Shown here in pieces: positions 25,363 to 37,500 of a DNA stretch of 64,000 nucleotides (position 1 is the stretch's first letter; every line of letters begins with the position of its first letter). The translations under genes were made by a program, and so were the position numbers. Origin of the DNA: Takakia lepidozioides (lineage: Eukaryota > Plantae > Bryophyta); assembly GCA_030704615.1 (NCBI GenBank), contig CM060731.1:32736001-32800000 (forward strand), read 5' to 3'. Under the pieces are notes generated by a model. The model was not told the DNA's origin. It saw nothing but the letters and a program-made list of their open reading frames with translations, and did not search any database.

Positions 25363-26379
25363 TTCCCGGATCTCCTCGTTCGTCCATGCAGCTTCTGTGA
25401 GTGACAGCGGCCACAGCTACGCCTTTTTGTTGAGGGGCCGAATTTGCTTCGAGGGAGGTGATCGTCCAAAATTGGACAAGAGCTCGGACGAGATACCATC
25501 CATGTATTCTACAATGCTTCAACGTCTACAGCCACGCCACTCGTACCTGGAGGCCCTCTTTCCGAAGAGCAGAGCCCCAAAAGACACATTCCCGACTCTG
25601 ATCCAGATCAAGATCCAAAACCTGCATAGAAGAAACTACCGTTCTCTATCTGAGAATGACAATCCCGTATCTAAAGTCAAGCCTTGGATGCTGAGGCCTT
25701 ATGATGACCCCCTGTGAAATTGCATATACATACTGTTCACAAACAAGTTTCTTAACAGTTTCAAATCAAGAGCTCATAATGCTCCATCAAGCCACAAAAG
25801 ATTGGTACCGAGTCTTTCAGGTGAGTTGAAAGGAAAATTGCCCACTCCTTGCTCCTTGGATTTGCTCAACACAATTCAGTGCCTCCAAACATTGGAATGG
25901 ACTGCATTGCAATTGTCACCATGTATACAGTGGATGTAAATCAATCCATAACATGCCTGCTGCTTGGCCCCATTTGCATGGAAAGTCTTGTAGGCAAAAT
26001 ATTTTAAATTGTGCACCACATGAAGCCACAGCTTTTGTGAAAGGAAACTAAGAATACACTCAAATCGTACACGAGCAATACTACGATTGTCTGCCAGTAG
26101 CTACTTAAACCAAACTTTCACACCGCAGCTAGAAGGCATTCACTGCTGCTTGGAAGATTGCATAACCTGAGTTTGTGGCGTGAAATATAATACCCCGGAC
26201 TGGTTACAACATTCAACAATCTACGGACACCCCTGTTTCAGTATACATCTGTACACCAACTGGGGAGCCAGTGGTTGCACTTCACCCAGGAAACTTAGTT
26301 GGACAAAAATTGAGGCCTAAGGTGGAGTCTCAGAAGTACACAGATGCACAAGGACCCCTTTTTACACACTGACAGGAAA

Positions 26380-28654
26380 TTATACGTAATTTAAAGAAAC
26401 CCCACCTCCATGCATTGAGAACGTTTGCTCTGGTATACCGAAGCCTCCAACAACCAAGATACTACCCTCATTCAACTCTTTGATTTTACGCAGTGATGAG
26501 ACCCCGCGTTGCTCCCCAGACACAAGCACCACTCTCTGACACACCTTGGTGACCAGATGACTCGGACGGATGGCAATGCCGTCCAAAAGAAGCCCACTGC
26601 TCCAGATTCCCTGCAATTCTGTCATGGAAAACTGCAGCTCCAGACATCTGTCCTCATCTTCAATAGTGAACTCACCACCATCAAATTCAAGCCACTTATG
26701 GCTCCCCCGCAACAAAGGGAAACCTTGAAGTTTGTTAGTACAATTGAGATATTGCAGTGAGTCAAACCGCTGGCCATCATCTGTGGAGAGGCAGAATACC
26801 ACAGGCTTCGTGTGTTCTAATGTATACGCTGTGAAGGGTAGGTGTCTCTCTCTTGACATGGGCTGGACCCCTGCGAGCTGTAGCCTCCATGACAGTGTGT
26901 AAGTTCCTTGGGGAAGAGGGCACTTGAATTGACCACTCACTTCGGCCAGTACTGCCGCCTTTGAGTATGCTACCTCTGCAAATCTGCACTCAGAGAACCG
27001 CATATCAACAGGGGAGGAAAGAACTATATCTACTCCTCCCCTCTCCCTCCATTATAACGTTGTTTGTTTGTTTGGTTCTTTCCACACAGTCCAAGTGACA
27101 CTCATTGGGACACATAAATCAGATTTTGGAGGTATGACAGTTCAAATACTAATTTTTCCCCAACCGTAGTGAGTAACAGTCTATGGGGTTAATGACTGCA
27201 AGGCTAGAATATGTGTGTAATGGAGGAGAAAATCACTTGTCAGTGCATCTCTCTCTCTCTAAAATGTTGTGAAGTCAATGAAGTCCAAAAGAGACCATGC
27301 ACTCCAGTCATCTCCCAGTGGCTTTCTGTTTCTCCAAAAGCATAATCAGCTTGGCCAATTCACAGACCTGGAGCCAGTTTTATGGGGTAGCCATTCCCAA
27401 CAATGCACATCATCGCCCCTGAAGATGGTAAAATTCTTGGCTGATAGACACCAGCAAACTCCTCCCGTAGAACGGTCAAGCCAGTATCCCTGCTCATCAT
27501 GCCCACCACAATTGAGCCCAATGAGGGTACATCCTACATCTCTTTACTAGATTGTGGCGGGAGGAGTTCAAATATAGCCAGCACCAAGCAAATGCAGTAC
27601 CGCTATCTTCCTGACGCCAATGCAAAGATATGCTAAGAAATGAAATGATACTTTATAATGTCCGCGGAAAGCTCAAGAGCTTATGGGACAAGTGAAAGCA
27701 TGAAACAAGAAAGAGGGTGGGGCCCTCCACAAGCAGCCCAGAAACAAATATTGATCAAGGAATTGTCTAATATGCTGCTAAGCATTTCTGATCCTCGTAA
27801 TGGAACACCTCTGTGAGAGACTGGCTATCACAGAATAGACAATAGTATCTCACACGGATCTCATAGGAGAAAGGACAGTGAAAGAAGAAATGTTCTTCAC
27901 TGTCATTTTCCCTCCTGTTATCCCTGGCACAAGCGGGCACATGCTGTCCTTAAGCTGCAGGTTATCCCACCTACCAGTCTCTAAGTATCCGCAGACAGTG
28001 GGAGGCCCCCCTAAACCTCCCCAAGAAAGAAAGAAAGCAACTTTATTTTATCCAATAGAGCCCAAAAAGAGAGATAAGTTTTGATTCAATATTGTGTGAT
28101 CCTGTTAATCCAAAAGACGGGGCAGGTGGTGGGGGGAGATGGGGGCGCGGTGTGTGTGTGTGTGTGTGTGAGAGACAGAGAGAGAGAGAAAAAACCTCAG
28201 TTCCATTCTTGAGTGAGATTTGTCGGCACAGAAGATGATAGAGCTCCCTCTTTGAACTGAAATGCGGCAAGGCCCAGTCCTCAGAGGCAAGGGCTAAGAT
28301 AGCAGGGTAATGGGAGGGAAGCTTGAGCTCCCACACCACATCCGAGCGAGACGCTTCCCAAAAAGTGCGATTGACTAGCGCAAGCTTCACCACATCCCGC
28401 GGAGATGCGTGAGCCAATATGAGTGCAACACAAATTTCAGGCAAGCTTCCTAACCCTCTTGATACTTGTGCATCGTCATGAGGCAATCCTGCATTTTCCT
28501 CCTCATCATCATCATGAAACACCCCTGCATTTTCCTCCTCATCACCATCATGAAACGCCCCTGCAAGTTCCTCCTCGTCGTCATCATGAAACACCCCTGC
28601 ATCTTCAAAACTAGCATAGCTTGTGCTCGCTGCTTGTTCCCCCTCCATCTGCAT
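26380..28654 (-). CDS. F-box protein with phloem protein 2 (PP2-B-like) domain, 3 exons (28654-28196, 27489-27368, 26983-26380)
   Basis: F-box LGSLPEICVALILAHASPRDVVKLALVNRTF...SDVVWE. PP2 motifs YWLDRSTGGVCWCLSAK, SRFAEVAY, WLEFDGGEF and SGLLLDGIAIRP. Phase-consistent GT-AG junctions. Confidence 0.88.
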
Positions 28655-29393
28655 TGCGGAAATAATTCAAGCCTCCCCTTTGACACGATTGGTACCATAT
28701 AAATTCAAATCTCTCAGGGGTATAGCTGCTTGCATATAGTAACTTCCTCTCTGCCGTGATAATGACTTGCATCCGGCTTGTTTTGGATTACACCTCAACA
28801 ATTCTACTGTTATAATTTACACTGTGCACCAATCCACCACACCTGTTCTTTTCACTGGCCCTTCTTCTCAAAATGCAGATCCCTGTTTCCATGTGGACCC
28901 ATCTGGGCTCTGCTTCTAAGCCTGCGCTGGAAAGGGGCACGGATGCACTATCACGTCCGAATTGCTACAACGCTGATGAAAACGAAAGTGTCCACAATCT
29001 GTCCTCCTTTCTTGTCTCTTTTTAGAGGATTGTGCTATCCAACACTAACTAGTAAGTAAGCTAACCCACATCTCAATGTTGAAGAGGCAACACTTCACCA
29101 CCAATCTCATGCTTCATCACCACACCCTCTCTGTAACACACCCGTTTGCAACAAAAGGAACACTCAAGAAACAGAAACAAGGAAAGAAAGGAACAAGCGA
29201 CTGAAGGGGCATCACCGCATGAATGATCCTATGTCACCTTCCCAACTTTCTTAAGAACATACAAGCGATCAAAGAAAGAGAAGGGATGTTGTGAGGGTAC
29301 CGGGTATATCCACATAAGGATAAGTGAATAAACCCTCATCACTTACTCACAGTTAAGGATGAAAGTTTGGAGGTCTTTTGCACACATTGAAGA

Positions 29394-29455
29394 GATGGTC
29401 TAGTGGTTAGGTCTTGAAGCTGCTCCACGAGTGGTTGTGGGTTCAACATGTGTTA
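29394..29455 (+). mobile_element. Degenerate tRNA-derived SINE-like head
   Basis: A box TGGTCTAGTGG and B-box-like GTGGTTGTGGGTTCAAC, shared with the SINE at 58380. Confidence 0.4.
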
Positions 29456-30094
29456 ATGTCATCCATCACATGCAACCTCCATGTTCTTGAGGACCAAGCA
29501 AGTTCCCTTGAAGGCCAAACAGCCTTTCAGTGCCCACTCCCCCAAAGCAATGTTGGCTAGCAGTGGGGAGATCTATGGGCACAACCCTGGCTCCTGCACT
29601 CTTAGTGTCCCAGACCTGATGATACTTGGAGACCCCTGGTGGTGACAATGCTACAAACCCAGAAATTGAAGATAAATAGACTGCTGGAGTGGTGGGGATG
29701 TCTGGAAGAGAACATTTCAGTGAAGAGTCTCCTTCCTGGAGTATAGGCAGATTCAAGCCAACAAGTTCTTATAAATAACAGACGTTCATTAAAAGCTAGC
29801 TAAGGAACATACAACCATAAAGGTAAGCTTTTGGCGTATAAATCCCCTTAGAGCTGGTCAGAGGGGGATACTAGAAACGATTTTCACCTCTTATCTCCAG
29901 GACAACTGGTTGAAGCTACTCCTCATGTATGTAACTCAAACACCACAGGAAAAAATTGGTGTTTTATTGTGCATACAATTTCTTCCCCATGGGTAGTATC
30001 ATGCACGATCAGGCCTCATTCACAGCTCTAAAGCAACACAAGGGGAGTGCATCCTTTGCCACTCCCAGATTTATAGCTGAGACTTTCCCAACCT

Positions 30095-33000
30095 CTACTG
30101 GACTTTCATCGTGACTTTATGGACCATGGTTTCCTTGTGAATTTGGTGGCAGCTTTTCTCAACAAGCTCCAGCAACTTTTCTATATCCACGGCCCATGAG
30201 TTCAGCACGTCGTTACTGTCCTTTTTGCTCTGGAAACACACAACTCCTGCTGGACGGTCCACTTTTGCAAGCAAGGCCTTGGAAACCACCATTTCTGAGA
30301 GATGCTTCTCCATTTCCTGCAAAAGTCGGAACATTAAATGCTATAAAGAGGAAAGAAAAGAAAAGTACGAAGGCCCTCTTCCCTGCAAATCTTTCTGGCA
30401 TTGGGCTTGTGACCACAGCATCTGCATGAATGACGCCTATTAAAGATTTACATATTGACATGCAGAGAGTTAAGAGAAAGCAGGTTACCTGAAGGGTCAG
30501 ACTAAGAAGTTCTGCGAGACGCTTCAGTGTGATTCTCGAATAATATTTCGAAACAACCAGAATATTCTGCATCCAACACTCATCACAGAGAGGAGTAAGT
30601 GCCTGAGCATTATCCACATGAAACAATCCGCCACAAAGAAAAAATTGGTGATTCATTCTTTTGGTTTCCTATCATCACTCTACTAGGTCCCATGTGCCCT
30701 TTGGGCATCCCAAGGACGCAATTGCTTTCTCTCTATCTCCCATACACACATGCTAAAAAGAACCTCCAAGGAAGAAGAAATGGCAATAAAATTTAAAGCA
30801 ACTATGGTAGGTAAAAGCACAGAGCTGGGAGATAAAGAAGCCCAGAGGTACAGACATGTTCAATGACTCGCTGGCGGAGGTCTTCCAAAGCACGGCTCCC
30901 AAGCTCTCCACCAGGCAGCTTACTCTCTTGCTCAAAATCGCTCTGGTACTCATCCCAGAAGTCAACCCACCTTATCACTTCCATGTTCACAAAATGCTTT
31001 AGCAATGCCCTGCATTGACAACCAGCCCACAACCTGTCACCATTGCATTCCCTGCATTGCGTCCTGAATCCTGATTCCTCACAAGCCCAGTTAAGGTGAC
31101 AACGTCTTGAGGTGCTTCAAGACCTTACGCCGACAATGCGAGGTCCCAGCACCAGTAACATATTGCGGTGCACAATGTGCTTGCATCTATTGGAATCGTC
31201 ATTGTGGCCCTTTAATATCTCTTTAACAACTACTACAATAGGCCTGTTCCCACTGGCTATAGTTGGTCCCCCTAATTAACAGGGCTGCACAGGATCATAG
31301 TAGGCCATTTATCACCTGCTTATCCAATAACGTACGGGCATTGTTGACAGTTTATACTTAATGAACTGCACCTAGCCAGTTGGAAGCTTTATAAACGTTC
31401 TGCTACCCGTCTGCAATAAATTACCAGTAACGTAAAGGCAATAATCTGTTGGGACGTTCACTGGGGCAACAAAATCACAAAGCCGGTACCTCATTTTCTT
31501 ATTTCTCACCATTACTCCTCTAAGCCACAAAGTATTATGCCTCACCTTCTCAGTCACAGACCCTCTGCAAACGACAGAACCCAACAAAATAGCTGGCCTT
31601 CCATAATTTATCAGCCAAAAAAATTAGCATCAAATACAGCTCCTGGTCTTCACCAAGTGTACCTTCACCACTTAAACCTGAACCCTTATTAAAGCCGGCA
31701 CGCCAGAGCAGTTGAACAAAAAACCAAATAGAAGCTGAAAAACAGTAACAACCGTGCATGTGCATGAGTCAAGCAGAGCAATCAACTTCAGGCATTGAAG
31801 ATGGAACTAGGCAGTATCATACCGAAACTTGGGAAGCTCAGAGAGCTTTTTATCTTCCAAGGTGCTGTTCAACAGGCTGGACTGCATACTGTCATGTGGA
31901 GCCAGTACTAGGTTCCAACATATCTTTCTCAGAACCTGCCACACCCACCCAGCCAGATGCACATGTGTCACCCCAGACAGCAGCAATCATGGTATTTCGT
32001 TATACTGAGTGAAACAGTAAAATCACATGTACTACACGTGTGCTCCAACTTACCATCCCAGCTACACAGGAAAAGAAGCAGGCTAGGGAAGGAGCTTACA
32101 GGAATCCATTGAGAGGACTCATCCTTCGCTGACAATGTCTCATAGATGGCCTGATAACTGCGACAAATCTCCAGATAGTCATGGTTATGTGAATAATACC
32201 TGTTCAAAATGTCCAACCATCCCCACAAACACATGGTTAGCACAAAATCACACCTACTGCCAGCAAGTTTTCCACTCCCCTATCCCATCTTGTTCTAAAA
32301 CCAAAACCCCCATTCTCACCCATGAACACTTCAAGCAAACGAAGCCCCAGGGGAGGCCAATGTGAGGCCTTCCCAATAATTCTTTCTGTAAAAGTGCAAG
32401 CTAATTCTGGTTGGACAGGAAGCCACAGGTCCAGAGACATAGAATTAGTTGCAATCCTGGAATTGAGGTTGAATTGACAGAACCCTGAGAGAAAGTACCT
32501 CATACAGTACAGTTGAGCTCAAAATTGCATCTCATGGGTTGAACTATAAATTGACCACCAAACAGGCTTCTACATAGACCACGTTGATAAATCATTAAGA
32601 GATCCAAAAATATTAGGAAAATTGCCTGATCATTAGCTCGTAGTAAAGGTGCTTCAACTCAAGAAGAGACGGGATATCAGGACCCGGTTGCTCCACAATG
32701 TTGTCGCCCTCTTTAGGCTTCTTCTTCTCTTTGCCAGTCTCAGCATTGAAAACCCGAGGGCTTATCTTTCTGGACAAAATCTGTGCTCGCATGTAGTCTT
32801 TCCGATCCAGACACAGCCGCACCTGCCATAACAACCTACAGTATTACCCACTGCCTTACTTCACTCATATTGCAGATGGCCCACCCCATACCTTCAGAGG
32901 ACCGGCCACAGTATTTACTACTGCAATTTCAGACCCAATACCCTAATCACATGGCCAAGGGGAAACCTGTTGCACGGTTTGTTGCTCCACAGAGCGCTAT

Positions 33001-35602
33001 GTGAGCTGTCTTGACTTCTAGGCAAAGACCATCAAACCCTATGAACACTATGGCCTACATGCTGGAAATTTCTGATTATAGGTGGATTATCTGCTAGCCA
33101 AAAGACTCCACAGGTGGAAGAAGACGTGATACAATATTGCACCTGCTCAAGAATAAAGGCTATCTTCTCTGTCTTTGCCATGGCACCAAACGTCTCAACC
33201 TGCAACAACGCAAAACCTCCATAAGGTATATCAGGCGCATGCATCTATGGACCCCCGATCTTAACAATCTAGGACATCAAACACTGGGCTTGCAACGTTG
33301 TCATGGAATGAACTCAGAAACTGGTATTTCAATTTCGTCGTTCACACACACAGGGATAGATGTAGCAGGCATATTAATGCCAAAACATGAGTACATGGTT
33401 GCATGGAAGCACTGCACAACAGAAGATAATAGCTAGACAACCAGCCACTGCTGACAGAAGCTGGAGACTATGCACTGCTGACAGCATTTGGAGATTGCAC
33501 AAAGAGCACGTACTGCAACTTCCTGCATGAGCTCTGCTGCTTCTGCGACCTGGCCTTGCTCCTCTTTGATCTTTGCTAACTTCTTGATCAATCGCGCTCT
33601 CTCTATCTCCACATAAATCTGCCACCCACCATGTGAATCCATCTTCTATTCAACACCGGTTTAACTTTGAAACAAGAAGGAGCTCGTTCATGGTGAATGG
33701 ACTCTAAAGTAGAACTTCTATGACAACAGTGTAATGGAGTGAGTGAGATGCTCTATGTGTACCTTGCCACTCGAGACATTGTTGAGAGTCTTGATTAGTT
33801 CAATCCGAGTCTCAATGTCTGGGGTTGCGTCAATGTACTCCATGGCCTGCTGCACCATGGCTGTTACTGCCTGCTCCAACCCAAGTCCAGCACATATGTA
33901 CATCAGCACCAAGAAGAAAAAGAAAACCCTAATTCACCACAAATTTCCAACAGCCCTGGACATTTGAATAGTTAAAAGATTCTGAAGCAGTCGACTTGAA
34001 TATGACATTAAACATATAGCAACCACCATGGTCAATATTTGTGCATTAGATCTGCAAGAAACCAGGGATCCTTTCACTCGATGGAAGGGAGGAGTTCCTA
34101 GAACCAGATATCAAAGTTACAGGGCCTCATTCACAAAGCATGTTGTTTCACCAGTAACCAAAGAGTGACTGTGAGGAGAGTGGTCATGCAACAAAACTAC
34201 AATGGCAACCCTCAAAGTGCTTCCCAGACCATTTGAATGCTTGTTCCAAGCTAAGGGACACATAAGTTAACAACCATCAAGACTACCACTTCCAACAAGC
34301 CTAAATAACAACCATTGTCTCACAATAACGTGTTTTTTCTGTACATTATTGCTGTCAGGACAGTCCACCTTGAAGTGTTTTGTCTGCTTCGGCCTTTGAG
34401 GCCCACTACTACAGCTTCTAAACACAAAACCCATGGTGAGCAGAGTGTATGGGTGGCGTCAATAACTTGTTTAAGTTGGGTGCGACGCTTTGAAAGCAGA
34501 ATAATTTGCTCATTGAGAGTCTTCCAGGCCCCTGCTTCATAGCACAACTGAATGATGGCAACGACCACCTTCCTAGTTCCTGGAACATCAGCAACAAGCC
34601 GCATTTGTTTCTCCAGATTCAAAAGTGCCTCTATCGCAGCATCAAGCTTCTTTTCCTGCAAAACAGCAATACATCCAGTAAGCCAATGGTGCATCTATTT
34701 CCCTAGAGCTCATGGGACAGATCTTCCACCTTCATGAACTGGCAAGGTTGATGAAGTAGACCAAGATTAGGTGAGGTATCAACCCTGATTCAAGTGTGGC
34801 AGAAGGACAGAAGGAAATGATGATGCATCATCCAATCACAAACCTGGCTGCCCATCCCAGACAATTCAATCAACTCTTTGCAAGACAGTCTCACATACGC
34901 CATCAAGAACTACGCAGAATCTCAGGCACGAACCACAAGTGCAACCTTGACCCATCCGACACGGTAACCACATCAACCCTGTGAAGAACTTTAGGCGGCA
35001 CACCCAGCCTTTCATGATGGACAGAGAAGCTGCAAGGGGCAGAGAATTCTCTGAACACAATCAAAGCTCCCACATTTCGACGACCGGGTCGATGAGTGTG
35101 AATGCTGAGATCAAAATGATGCAAACTGGTGTTGGAGAGGTCATAAAGTCTTGACCTCATTCGATATGATATTACGATGGGCATGCATCTGGTGCCCACT
35201 CGCTTTGACACCTTTCCAGAGGGTCCGTCAATCGAATAAAGAATTATACCCATTGCGATATACTCCACGAGCAACAGCACACTAGAGATGGCTGCAGTCT
35301 CTGAGAACCACAAGCAGACAAGTCCTCGGTCCCGTGATACTTCAACCCTGACTCCAACGCCCGGTGCCCCGCACAGGGAAAACCTGCTTTCCGCTATCTC
35401 ACTTCAAAAAGCCAACTTCCCAGACCTGAAATCAATTCAAATTTCTCAATGGCTCATAAAATCTAGTGTCCGAACACCTTCAGAATCCTACACGTACCTC
35501 AAGTGCCACGGAGCGCTGAGCCTCAATATCTCTGTCCAGAGCCTCATAGTCCACCCCCCGATTCTTCACCGGCTCCACCGTATCCTCCTCCATGGCACTC
35601 AT
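30095..35602 (-). CDS. RPN5: 26S proteasome non-ATPase regulatory subunit 12 (RPN5/PSMD12), ~11 exons
   Basis: Exons encode [105 protein letters not shown] and [17 protein letters not shown], in order. Confidence 0.96.
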
Positions 35603-36007
35603 GCTTGCACACCCTCCTCCTTCGCTCAGATTCTCTGCTCCTCTCTCCTCCTCTGTCTCACTACATAACACGCGAGCAAACCCGCGCCTGAAATTAGGTT
35701 AGGTGATTGGTTCGGTCGAGTCTTCGGTATAGGAATAGCTTCGGCTTAGGTCCGGGTGTTAAGTATACACAATCTTGAAGCCCAGCAAATACCTTCACCT
35801 CAAGTCACTTGGTCTTATCATACAGCTCTGTGCAAATATCTATTTTCCAATACAAGCATTTGGTAGAAGATGACCTTCACTACAAATGTACTCTTGAGAG
35901 ATAAAGATAAAGAGAGAAAGAGAGAGATAAAGTTTCTTTAACTTCTAGTGAATTTACGGAGCCTTGTACAGAGATGCCATCGAGGGCCCAATGGACGGTT
36001 TGAAGGC

Positions 36008-36090
36008 ACATGTTGAAGGATTGAACCCAGGATGACGCAGGTTATGCAGAGGCTAGGCACAAACACCCAACCACTGGGCTACCTGCTCAA
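36008..36090 (-). mobile_element. Degenerate tRNA-derived SINE-like element
   Basis: Minus strand shows A box TAGCCCAGTGG and B box GGTTCAATCC. Confidence 0.5.
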
Positions 36091-37085
36091 GTGCGATGAG
36101 CATATGAAGGCTTGCTGCAATCGGCACACTTTTGAAATATCAGTGTAAGTTTCTCAATGCCTACTTGCTATGTCATTTCATGTTTTGTTTGCAAAATTAT
36201 TTCAATTTGGATGAGTTTTTCTTCTGAATGGTTGTGAGCGTCAAAAAAACGGCCACAATGTGGTGGGGCTCCGTGTTTCGCGGTGTGTAGTACGAGAGAC
36301 TTAGGTCCCTTCCAGAGTAGCGATCAGACAAAACACTCAAAAATAATGTTTGTCCACCGTTTCGGCCGCTTCACAGATGTTATGTCATCAAAAGTTGCGG
36401 GAAGTTGCGGGAACCTAGCGGACAAGCTTCACAGTGTTTTCACACCAAGTAATGGACAAAGGGGTCCACTGTACAAGATATCTTGTCGAAAACCAAGTAG
36501 TGGACAAAAGGGGTCCATTGGACAAGATATCTTGTCAAACTGTCTGTTTTTTTTTCAAGGTTTCTTGTGGAGAGTATCACACACAACCATGGAACCTTCT
36601 GGAAGTGACCTCCTTGCAACACTTGCTCTTCAATTTCCATGTTCATTATTTTAGAGGCTATGTCGAGTAGACATTCTTTAGCAATCAACAACCATCTCCA
36701 AACTGTATTTACCATGCTTGATATTGCAACACAACAGGTCTGGTTCAGGGAAGGATCCATGCATTTGAGAGACCTTATCTCATGGGATCGTACAGTGCCA
36801 GAATGTTCAAGGAGGAATGCGCATGTCAAGAGAAACTTTTTCGTCAACGACGCTACCGTGTGAGCCTGGCGCGTGAGCGTGTGAGCGTACGCTCACACAA
36901 TGATGACGTGGCGTGAGCCTACGCTCACGCTGCTGACATGGCGCTGATGCTGACGTGGCGTGAGCCTGGTCCAGGTCATGCCACGTCACCACAAAGAAGG
37001 TGGGCCTATAACCGTGGAGCCCCCAACTGCTGATTTCCCCACATGAAGGTGAAACGGATGAAGGGTTTTGGGCTTTCCTGGAGTT

Positions 37086-37320
37086 CAACCTTCTGTTAAC
37101 AGGAGCTTCATTTCGTAGAACTGAAATGAACCTAGTGTCGACACAAGGGGGATTTGGAGAACTTCAACAAAACCTCGTTTTAACACGAGGTTGTTTTCCT
37201 GGAACAAAAATGAACTTCGTGTTGACACGATGTTGTTTTCTGAGAACTAAAATCATCCTTGTGTCAACACAAGGAGGATTTGGAGAACTTCAAGTAAACC
37301 TCGTGTTGAGACGAGGTTGA
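37086..37320. repeat. Six palindromic units at exact 42-bp period
   Basis: Cores GTTAAC 37095, GTCGAC 37137, TTTAAC 37179, GTTGAC 37221, GTCAAC 37263 and GTTGAG 37305, each flanked by AACCTCGT...ACGAGGTT-type arms. Confidence 0.88.
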
Positions 37321-37500
37321 TTTGATCATCTGTCTATCTGAAGGTAGTTTCTTGTGTTTGCTAATGAAAAGAGAATGACAAACCAATGCGACAAATGCAT
37401 TGACCCACGCATAGCAAAGATGTTAGACGACATACATTGAGAGTCACTGGACTTGAACAGTCATTCCATTACAAGTTGTAGTCAAGGAAAACATAGATTT

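Noticed and set aside
25594-25606. Degenerate tRNA-Met PBS (TGGATCAGAGT on minus) upstream of the orphan ORF
   Set aside because: It needs a deletion and a mismatch, and no TG...CA LTR or TSD was found.
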